NCBI GenBank assembly: GCA_051294375.1
Contig: CM119265.1
Location: 24,947,697 to 25,011,696, forward strand
Length of the DNA: 64,000 bases
Origin: Paraspadella gotoi
Lineage: Eukaryota; Animalia; Chaetognatha
Direction: 5' to 3'
The translations under genes and the position numbers were made by a program. Shown one piece after another: positions 25,501-36,649 of this stretch. A model generated the notes under the pieces. That model saw only the letters and a list, made by a program, of their open reading frames with translations, searched no databases and was not told where the DNA came from. The first letter of the stretch is position 1, and the number at the start of each line of letters is the position of its first letter.

Positions 25501-26102
25501 TTTTTATTTATTTTCCTTTCTTTTCTTTTCTTTTTTTGCTTTTATTATCTTTTCCTTTCTTTTCTTTTCTTTTTTTTTCTTTTCTTTTCTTCTCTTTTTT
25601 CCCTTTTTTTCTTTTCTTTTCTTCTTTCCACGCCATTTCACGCCAGTTAAAATTAAGCTTATTCTTGATTATCATTTGATTANNNNNNNNNNGTCTTGAT
25701 TCATATTGAGGCTGATTCTACATAAAAGTTCTGGTGATAAATTAGTCGCTATATTGATTAAATAAGGCTGATTTCAACCTAATNNNNNNNNNNNNNNNNN
25801 NNNNNNNNNNNNNNNNNNNNNNNNNNNNNNNNNNNNNNNNNNNNNNNNNNNNNNNNNNNNNNNNNNNNNNNNNNNNNNNNNNNNNNNNNNNNNNNNNNNN
25901 NNNNNNNNNNNNNNNNNNNNNNNNNNNNNNNNNNNNNNNNNNNNNNNNNNNNNNNNNNNNNNNNNNNNNNNNNNNNNNNNNNNNNNNNNNNNNNNNNNNN
26001 NNNNNNNNNNNNNNNNNNNNNNNNNNNNNNNNNNNNNNNNNNNNNNNNNNNNNNNNNNNNNNNNNNNNNNNNNNNNNNNNNNNNNNNNNNNNNNNNNNNN
26101 NN

Positions 26103-26141
<39 letters not shown>

Positions 26142-27049
26142 CCGATATTTGATATTTTTAGCTTCGACCTTGCACTCTCTCTCTTTCAAACTCTAANNNN
26201 NNNNNNNNNNNNNNNNNNNNNNNNNNNNNNNNNNNNNNNNNNNNNNNNNNNNNNNNNNNNNNNNNNNNNNNNNNNNNNNNNNNNNNNNNNNNNNNNNNNN
26301 NNNNNNNNNNNNNNNNNNNNNNNNNNNNNNNNNNNNNNNNNNNNNNNNNNNNNNNNNNNNNNNNNNNNNNNNNNNNNNNNNNNNNNNNNNNNNNNNNNNN
26401 NNNNNNNNNNNNNNNNNNNNNNNNNNNNNNNNNNNNNNNNNNNNNNNNNNNNNNNNNNNNNNNNNNNNNNNNNNNNNNNNNTTAATATTTCATTTTTGAA
26501 AAGAATTGTTTTTATATATTTATTTATATAGCTATACTATTGTTTATTACTATTAACTCTGGTTTTTCTCATGTGTCATGTTTTAGTAATAGTATCTAAA
26601 ACAGAATTTACTTTGTATTACCCTTAGTTAGTAATGATTATTTTCAAAGTCATTTTGTCTAACTTTTCTTCATTACAACTCTCAATGTTAAAAAAAAAAC
26701 AAAAAAAAACTAAGCAACACAACACGTAGAGTTTTCTATTACTAATCAAAACGCAAAATGTCGAAAAAAAATAAAGAGAAAAAAAAAAGAGAAAAAAAAA
26801 TCGTTCGTATTTTGTTTTCATTTCTTTCACTTTTGCAATGAATCAATAAAATGTCATCGTCCAAATTTAAAAATACTTAAAAAAATAAATTGAATTTTAA
26901 AAATGCATCAATTTTTTTTAAGATCACGTGGTTTTTTTTTGCGGGTCTGAGGCAAATGAGGCATCCGCCATAAATCCCGAAAAAAAAGCATCGCAAGCAT
27001 CGGTTTCCAATATTTCTTGGACTCAATTTTTTTGTGTCGCAACCATGAG

Positions 27050-27109
<60 letters not shown>

Positions 27110-27130
27110 CCAGGGCCCCATAGAGCTGAT

Positions 27131-27731
27131 TCATCCCAACATGAGAGCCTTGAACTCGTCGTAATCGACCCACCCAGATCCGTCTTCATCGATCTCTGCA
27201 ATCATGTCGTTGAGATCCGCTTCGGTGAGGTTCTGAGGAAAGTAAGTTAGGGATGGAGGTGGGGGAAGGGAGGTGGGTAGCGATTGATGGGAGCGGGTGA
27301 GGAGGTCAGGTGGAAGAAGAGAGTCGATTAAATCTCTTAAATTATTATTAAATTAAATTTTTCGGTTGGAAGAGATGGCAAAGCGTCAGTATGCGAACTC
27401 CACCGGAACAGTTTTGGTTCCCTGTTTTATTTACCATCTCTTATAAAAGACAATCAAATTTATATAAAAAATTAGTTTATACAAATAATGAAACAATTTT
27501 CCTATAACAGAAACTTTTTTTCCTGTATTTTCTATTGTGATAACAGATAACACATAGTTATCATTGTATCTATTTATTTGCATCTGTATTATCTACTTCA
27601 TGTATATGAATAAAAATTCCTTATTAAAAATATTTTCAATGATTTTTCGAAAAGTCCAATCATACTTTATTCTTTTATGTATAATATTTGTGACCTGAGC
27701 ATCTAGCCGCTTTAGAGTAAGTCGATTGGAT

Positions 27732-27783
<52 letters not shown>

Positions 27784-29758
27784 AAAATGAGAAGAAAATT
27801 TCGTAAGAAATAATAGGCCCTTAGAAGATGTGGAAGCTCATAATGATGGTGATGTTGTTGAAGGAAAAATGATGGAGAAACTGAAGGAAAGAGGAAGAGG
27901 AGGAGGAGAAGGGATAACAAATTCGATCGATATCGAAAACGGATTCCAACGCTGCGCTATGCTACGCTGCGTATACTGACAATTTGCCACGAGAGCCCGT
28001 TGCTACGCGAAAATGCAAGGCCGTGACGGAGGAAGCGATTTCCCAAAGCAGAATGGCAAATGACAAATCATCTACATTTGACTGAATGATATTAAAATTT
28101 GATACACATGATTAGAACGTATAAATAAAATAATAAGCGTTTTATCGCACATTGGTTACTCATTGCATTGCAAATCCGACTCACGTCGTCGAGTTTCTGC
28201 AGAATCTCTCTGATGACGTCCGTGTGAATTTCTCCTTTTCCGTCACGATCCAGGATCCTGAAAGCTTCTTTCACCTGTGAAGTGAGAAGGAATTGTGAAG
28301 AAAAGAGGCTGAGTGGTGAATCAAATCTACTCATACAACTAGACAGCTGCATGTGAACCGATCGAAACCGGGTTGGCATTGTTCTAAAACATAATTGTTG
28401 GTAGTGTTTGTTATGATATTAATATCGTTGAGAGTTCTGCCTTTTGGGAGTCCAGGCTACAATTCTTAATTCTTCATCCTTTTATCTTCCTCCTTTCTCA
28501 TCCCCTCATCCTCCTCTCTCATCTTCTCTCACCTCAACCTCATCCTGCGCCTCCTTCGTCTTGGTCCTCATCAACTCCATAAACTCATCGATGTCCACCG
28601 ATCCGCCGCCGTCAGCGTCGACGATCTTGATGCATTCCTCCAACTCGTCGTCCTTGAGGTTGTGACCCAACATTCGCATCACCGTCCCAAGTTCGGAGGT
28701 GGGGATCTCTCCCTGACCTGAAGGAGGAGAAGGGGGAGGAAGAGGGAGGAAGGGAAGGGGAGGAAGGGGGGAGTGGGGAGGAAAATAAGAAAAAAGAAGT
28801 AGAAGAGAGAGGGAGGAAAGGGAAGAGAGGCAGGGGGGAAGAAGAGAGAGGAGGGGAAGAGAGGAAGGAGACAGAGTGGAGGAAAAGACGGGGAGAAGGA
28901 TGGGAGGAAAATGAGAAAGAAGTAGAAGAGAGAGGAAGAGAGGAGGGGGAAGAAATGGAGTGGAGGCAGTGGGGAGGAAGGGAAGAGAGAAGAGGAAGAG
29001 CGAGAGAATGATTTAGAAATATGAGGAGTGAAAACTGAGTGGAAAAAAAAAAGTCAATAAATATTGAAAGAAAAATAATTGAAAAATACTACAAACCTTA
29101 TTTAAAAAGAAATAAGAAATCAAAATTAAATGCAGGCAAAGAAGGAAGAAAGCCTAAAAAATAAAAAGCAAAAAGAAAAAAAACCAAACCGGATGAGAAT
29201 CACAAGTCGACAAGGCAATCATGCCGATGAAATTCCTTGTCTATGAGTTAAAATACCCGCCTTGCTTAAGGAGTTGCCACGTTTTAAAAGTTTCCCCAGA
29301 AGGAAGGTAAAGCACCGGAATGGAACTCGGGTCCTTGTAGACATTGAGCCATCGGTGTACTATAGTATACTTTTACTGTATCGTAGCTGATGATATTACT
29401 CAATGCGCCACCGGGTCAGGACTAAAGGTCTCATGCTTATAGACGGGGTTAACTTATGCAACGCCCGACTACAGTACCTTACAAACAGAGACTAAAAAAA
29501 AACAAAACAAAACAGAACAAGCATTAAAAACAAAACGAAAGGGAAAATAAAACAGTCGTGCATATGTAGGATCGAATCCTACACATATAATAAGAAAAGA
29601 TTTAAAGAAACAGAAAAAAAAAGTGAAAACAAAAAAACTGTACCGGCTGCGTCGAACTTCTTGAAGGCGTCTTTGAAGTCGGCGACCTGATCGTCCGTCA
29701 GCGTGAAGGTGTCCTCCTCCTCCTCCTCCTCCTCTTCCCTCGCGTGATCGTCGGACAT
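27131..29758 (-). CDS. Troponin C-like / calmodulin-like four-EF-hand protein
   Basis: Exons 29758-29644, 28717-28533, 28274-28185 and 27232-27131 (GT-AG, phases 1,0,0) give MSDDHAREEEEEEEEDTFTLTDDQVADFKDAFKKFDAAGQGEIPTSELGTVMRMLGHNLKDDELEECIKIVDADGGGSVDIDEFMELMRTKTKEAQDEVEVKEAFRILDRDGKGEIHTDVIREILQKLDDNLTEADLNDMIAEIDEDGSGWVDYDEFKALMLG*. A probable 5'UTR exon donor lies at 31119. Confidence 0.92.
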
Positions 29759-29802
29759 CTCGGGTCTTCGTCGGAGGAGGAAGGAGACTGGAAGGGGAAT
29801 TC

Positions 29803-30800
29803 CATTGATTGGTTTGATCGATGGATTGATTGAATAACGTGATTGATTTGACTTCATTGATTTGGTTAATTGATTTGATTATCTGATTTGATTGATTTGA
29901 TTTGATTTGATAGAGGAACTGATTGATCGATGGATTGATTGAATAACGTGATTGATTTGACTTCATTGATTTGGTTAATTGATTTGATTATCTGATTTGA
30001 TTGATTTGATTTGATTTGATCGATGAACTGATTGATTGATGGATTGATTGAATAACGTGATTGATTTGCCTTTATTGATTTGGTTAATTTATTTGATTAA
30101 CTGATTTGATTGATTTGATTGGTTTGATTGATGATGAACTGATTGATTGATGGACTGCAATTGATCGATGCGATTGATTGAATAACGTGATTGATTTTCG
30201 ACCTTCATTGAATTGATTAATTAATTTTAATTACTGATTTGAATTGATTTGAATTGGTTTTGATTTGATTTGATTTGATTCGATGAAACTGATTGATCGA
30301 TGGACTGATTGTCGATGGATTGATTGAATAACGTGATAGATTTGACTTCCATTGATTTGATTAACTGATTTGATTTATTTGATTGGTTTGATTTGATTTG
30401 ATCGATGGACTGATTGATCGATGGACTGATTGTATAACGTGATTGATTTGATTGAATTGATTTGATTAATTGATTTGAGTAACTGATTTTATTGATTTGG
30501 TTGATTGATTTTTTTTATTTGACTGATTTATCGATGGACTGATTCATTATTTGATTGATTTGACTAATTGATTCGATTAATTAATATGAATAATTGATTT
30601 GATTTATTGATTATATTAATTTTATGAACTTGATTGATTGATTGACTGATTTATCGATGGACTGACTTGATTTAATTTGATTTATTTGATTTGATTTATG
30701 GATTTGTTTAATTGATCCATTTGTTTGATTGATGGAATGATTTCTTGGTTGTTTGATTGATAAAAATGATTGATTAGATTGATTGACTGATAGAATGATG
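29803..30800. repeat. Degenerate (TGAT/TTGAT)n satellite with ~120-bp higher-order period, in the 5'UTR intron of the EF-hand gene
   Basis: Recurring gatcgatggattgattgaataacgtgattgatttga blocks. Confidence 0.85.
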
Positions 30801-31180
30801 GATGGTTGATTTATTATAAATTTATTATTAGTTAATTCATATATTGATTTATTTTATGTTGGTTTATTATCAGATGATTATATGATAAGGGTAACAATGA
30901 AAATGATTTGTCAATCGAAAAATGATATTGATTGGCTAATACATGGATTTTCTTATTTTATCAGTCAGAGATTGAATAAATAAAAATCAGTGAGAGATTT
31001 TGATGAACCGGTATATTTTCTTCAAAGAAGACGATGCGACTTTTAAATCAACGGCCAATTGTAATTTTATTAAAAAAAATTTTGGGTGAGAAAAATTTGG
31101 GAGAAAAAAAAATTCTTACCTCAAAACGAAAAACGGAGGCGAATCTAATTCGAGTGAGAAAATCAAAGAGAAAACATGAA

Positions 31181-31219
<39 letters not shown>

Positions 31220-31352
31220 ACTCCGCTAATCGAAAATAGGAAGACAGGAAGAGGAAGAGGAGAAAAATGGAGATGGGGAGGGAAGGCGGGAAGGAGGGAA
31301 GAGAGAGAGAAGAGAGAGAGGAGAAAAGAGACGAGAGAGAGAGAGAGAGGAG

Positions 31353-31400
<48 letters not shown>

Positions 31401-32823
31401 TTCACCGGCAACTCGTCACGTTTGAACGCAATCGACATTTTTGTCTCCTGAGATTCGACTACAGGGAAGACAGGATTTAACCTCAAGTTTTTCGTTGGGG
31501 AAAGTGAGAACCGCGGATTTCGAAATCCGTTTTTACAGGGGAATCTTTTAAATGGTATTAAAACAGTTTTGTTAAAACGTTACTTAATATTATAACGTTT
31601 TCATAAAGTTTTATTTCTTTTTATTCTATCTTTTAAAGTTACTTTCTTAACCGCTTGAAACTAATTGAATGAAATAATTGCGAAGCAAAGATTTCAATCA
31701 ATTCAGCGTTTTTTAATTTTTTTTATTATAAATATTATAGTATAATAAATAATAAATATCCAATACAATTTCTAAATGTCCTCTGTATGTCCTCTACTCT
31801 TTCCTCTTTCCTCCTTTCATCCGTCTTGTCCTTATTTCATGTCCTTTTTTTTGTCCTTTTTTTTCTCCGCCCATAATCGCCCCAATAAAGCGTTAATCCT
31901 TTCAACAAATCCTTTCGGATCAAATAAAGATTTTTCGTCCTCAGATTCACTTCACGTTTCCGACCTTCCCTTCGGTTCTCTCTCTTCTCCCCCTTTTCCT
32001 CTTCTTCTTCTCTCTCCTCTTCTTCTCCTTCTCCTCTCTCCCTCCTCCTCTCCTCTTCTTCTCCGCTCTCCCTAATCTCCCCTCCCTCTCTCCTCTTCTT
32101 CTCCCCTTCCCATCCTTCTCCTCTTCTCCCTTGCCGTTCATACTCTCCTTCTCCTGCCTCCCTCTCCCCAATCATCTCACGCTTTTCGACGGCGATCTGA
32201 GTGATTTGAGAGAGAGGGAAAGCTATGATAACAAGGGCTCTCTTCTCCTCTTTCTCTCTCTTCTCCTCTCTCGTCTCTCTCTCTGCTCTCTCCTAATCTC
32301 TCCAACTGCTCTCTCCCTTTCTCTCTTCCCAATCTCCTGCCGGAGGCTCGAGGTCACTTGGGTCGAGGGCGCACCCGGTCACCCCGCTGTCGCTCTCATT
32401 GCGTTAGATGGTTGGTTTTTATTATTTGAATTTTTTTCGTTGATCTCGTTCTACTCGTCTCTCCTCCTCTCTCTCCTCTCCGCTCTTCATCTCTCTCTGC
32501 GCTCCACCAAAAAGATAACATCCCCTGTGAGTTGTTCAATAAAGTATTGTTGACATTCTTTCTTGAGAAGGGAGAAAATTTAAGAAATAACAATAATCTC
32601 GACGGATTTTCTTTCGTTTCTTTCTTTTTTTCTATTTTTTTTTATTTCGTCGTTTTATCTTTTGACGCATCCGACCGCCGGGTCCTATTTTCTAGTCCTA
32701 GTCCTATTTCTTTAGAATCGGTTTTCCTCATTCTCGCGATGACGGAAATGATTTCAACGTTGGGTCTTTTCCTGGATTTAGATGAGGTCCTTCCGTCCGT
32801 CTGTCCGTCTCTCGGTCAATACA

Positions 32824-32910
<87 letters not shown>

Positions 32911-32932
32911 TACTAATAACAATAATAATAAT
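32824..32932. repeat. (AAT)n microsatellite
   Basis: Direct reading. Confidence 0.95.
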
Positions 32933-33456
32933 TAAAAAAAGGGGAATAGTTACTTAAAATATATGATATCAANNNNNNNNNNNNNNNNNNNNNNNNNNNN
33001 NNNNNNNNNNNNNNNNNNNNNNNNNNNNNNNNNNNNNNNNNNNNNNNNNNNNNNNNNNNNNNNNNNNNNNNNNNNNNNNNNNNNNNNNNNNNNNNNNNNN
33101 NNNNNNNNNNNNNNNNNNNNNNNNNNNNNNNNNNNNNNNNNNNNNNNNNNNNNNNNNNNNNNNNNNNTCGTGTTTTTGTTTCTTAAATCGCGATTTTTTT
33201 TTTTATTTCTTTATTTTATTTTCATTTTATTTCCGTTTTATTTCTTTCTATTTCCGTCCTGGGCTGCGGCAAAGATTTAGGGTTACCGATTCGAGGTTGG
33301 GAATAAAGGGAGGGGAGAAATGTGAAAAGATGTGAGAAGAAAAAAAAGGGAATCACAAAGAAAAACGAAATGAAAAAAAAAATGGCAATCGTGAAAAGAA
33401 TGTGGTTAATAAATATAATGCGGAGTACAATATAGTATTGCCCGATCTAATACTTA

Positions 33457-33668
33457 AGGGAGTGGTCTTTTCATACAATTGAAACGTTCTTTGAAATATA
33501 ATACCACTTCATTGATAGGGAAGCCAGGTTCACTGGGAGTGAATAAATAAGACTGTGAGAGAGTCTTGATTGAATTATCTTGTAAGTGTGATGGAGGCCT
33601 TAAACCACCAAAGCCCGTCCAAAGTCAGGGACAAGATCGCTTATTTATTAAATGAATGGATAATTTTT
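33457..33668 (+). mobile_element. Second copy of the dispersed repeat family at 12272-12502
   Basis: Shared blocks listed for the 12272 copy. Confidence 0.7.
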
Positions 33669-33939
33669 ATATTGGTTGTACCAATTTCATAAGGAAGTGG
33701 AAGTTTTTCAAATATATTGTAGCAGAAGCCCATATCAGATTTCAAGTTTAGTTAAATCTCTAAACTAAAGTAAGTTCCTTCCAACTCGACTCACCCTCGT
33801 CCTTTCCCGACTCGACTCTCGTGAAGCCTTATATCCTTTCTCTTTGGATCGGTGAATGGGTTCACGATCTCATTCACTCCACGACCGATTTCACCGAAAA
33901 CGAATCCGAGGAGTCAACTTCACAATTCGGTCGCCTCGA

Positions 33940-34268
33940 CCTTTGTCTTTTGTACTTCGCCTTTCGTCTTTTGTACTTCGCCTTTCGTCTTTTGTACTTC
34001 GACTTTCGTCTTTTGTACTTCGCCTTTCGTCTTTTGTATTTCGACTTTCGTCTTTTGTACTTCGACTTTCGTCTTTTGTACTTCGCTTTTCGTCTTTTGT
34101 ACTTCGCCTTTCGTCTTTTGTACTTCGCCTTTCGTCTTTTGTACTTCGCCTTTCGTCTTTCGCCTTTCGTCTTTCGCCTTTCGTCTTTCGTCTTTTGTAC
34201 TTCGCCTTTCGTATTTCGCCTTTCGTCTATAAATCATCGTATTTCGTCATCCATCTTTCGTCTTTCGT
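33940..34268. repeat. 21-bp minisatellite built from 7-bp subunits, about 11 intact copies then decaying
   Basis: Unit ctttcgtcttttgtacttcgc; this accounts for the spurious ORFs in several frames. Confidence 0.9.
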
Positions 34269-34434
34269 TAAATCGAACTCGACTTTTATCTTTTCCGCGT
34301 TTAACGAATTAAAAAAAATACTAGGAGTTTAATCTTTATGTGTTTATATCTTTACTTTGCGAGCTTATCATCTAAAAGAAAATCGTTAAATGATTGTCTG
34401 TCTGTCTGGCTGTCTGTCTATTTCCTACGGCGCT

Positions 34435-34485
<51 letters not shown>

Positions 34486-35330
34486 CTCCTTCTTTCTCAT
34501 AATAATGTTAGGAATTGCAAATATTTCGTGATCATAACCCTGAGAGCGGAGGGTTACTTTAAAATTAGTTTTATTTTATTTCATAATTAAAAGCGACGAA
34601 TTTCGATCATTGATAAACTTAATGAAATATAATTCAAACAAAAACATTTTTGTTGGAATTGAGAAAGAAATGGAAAGGAGGAGACCTATTGATTCATACT
34701 TGAATTTTATGTTTCGGGTTTTGGATCATTCCGTTAAATTCTTACTTGCGTTCTATGTTTTTGATGTATTTTAAACCTTTCACTCTAATAATAAAAATGA
34801 ATTTATTACTACTGTGATTAAGGTCATTGTTTGACCGCGCTTTTTGAAATTTTACTGAGGGCATTGGAGTTGTATTTGAAAAAAAAATTATGGACTTGAT
34901 TTACCAATTTCGATTGGCCATCCTCACTTATATCTTCTAAAAGAAACGCAGCAATGGAGAAAGGCAGCAACGACACGGACAATTAGCAGAGAATAACCAA
35001 GGACCATCTGAGTCGTCCCTCTGCGATTTCTTGGCTCTCAACACCACTTTGCCTCCTTCTCCCAGAAGAAATCATTTGGGACTTTTTGCAGGGAGAGTGG
35101 AATAAAGAGAGAGAGAGAGGGAGGGAGATGANNNNNNNNNNNNNNNNNNNNNNNNNGAGAGAGAGAGAGAGAGAGAGGGAGAGAGAGGAAGAGAGAAAGA
35201 GAGAAGGATGGAGAGAAAGACAGTGAGAGAGATAGAGAGATAAGGAGGCGACAGCTTGTAAGCGTGAGAAAGAAAGGTAGAGAGAGAGAGAGATAGAGAG
35301 AGACAGAGAGAGATAGAGAGATAGAGAGAT

Positions 35331-35375
<45 letters not shown>

Positions 35376-36312
35376 TATACAATTGCAAAAGTGCGAGAAT
35401 GGTCATCATGCTTTTTCGTTCTGTTACATTATGAATTGATTAAATCTGCGCTGTAACATTCTAATAAAACATAACAAATAACAAAAAAACCGATCGAGTG
35501 TTAATTAATAACTTGGCAAACGTGACGATTGTTATTTTGTTTCACACAACATTACTTTTGTTTTGTTTTTTATAAGTGGTGCGTTTTTTTTTAATGCAAA
35601 GTTGAAGGGGAGGGCCGGAGGGGGGGGGGGCGGCAAATGGAATGAGAAACTAAAATCTTAACGAGAAAAAATTATTATTGTAAGGGTTCTGTTTCAAATT
35701 TAACAAGTCTCAGTTGAAATAATACGAGTTAATAAGATTACTTATCTCTGTAATAAAAACTTAGTTTTGGCATTTTCCGGTGTAAGATAACAAAATTTTC
35801 TCTCTCTTAAAAAAAATATAAAAATTCCAATGGGCGAGGATCATTTAAATTTCATAGTAAAGGGGATGTATTAAAGTTTCGTGACTAATATATTAAACAT
35901 TCAACATGACATACCGCGTACTTTTGTTCGTGACGCGTCGCGGTCCGTCACAAAACGTGACACGTCGCACAAATAATCGAAGATCAATTGTTTTTTAACT
36001 GTTTCTGTTTCTTCGAATATTGTTTCGTGTTTTTCTTTATTATTTTTGGTTTCAGAAAACAATTCTGATTACAGATTTACGCGTGAACGCATCATTTATC
36101 AAAAATGAAAAAAAATTACGGGGGATAAAGATTTGAGGTAAGAATAAAGACTAAATACGATTTTATTATTTTTTTTGCCCTAAAAAGTTTTTTTTTAACT
36201 CTCTCGCGCGAGAGTCTCTTTTCTTTTCTTTCCTCTCTTTTTTTCTCCCTTTCCTCTCTGTATCTTCACTACTTTCCTTTCTTTTCCTCCTTTCCTCCCT
36301 CCCTCCCTTTCG

Positions 36313-36564
36313 TCAAACTTCTTCCTTTCCTCCCTCCGCTCCTCTTTTCCTCCTCTTCTTCTTCCTCTTCCGCCTCTTCCTCCTCCAGACGTCGCATCTG
36401 TGCCCGGGATGCATCCTCGAGCCGACGGGGCACTGGAAGGCTGCGGCGAACTCGTCCGTTTGGGCCGCGGGGCCGTTGACGCGGAGTTGGCGGGTGAGGA
36501 GGGCGGATGTGTTAGATCTCTCGTTGTTCTCTTTTAAAGCTTTTCTCTCTCTCTCTCTCTCTCT

Positions 36565-36649
<85 letters not shown>

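Noticed and set aside
33821-34332. Long overlapping ORFs (FRLLYFA / KTKGEVQ repeats)
   Set aside because: Products of a stop-free 21-bp minisatellite that is open in several frames on both strands
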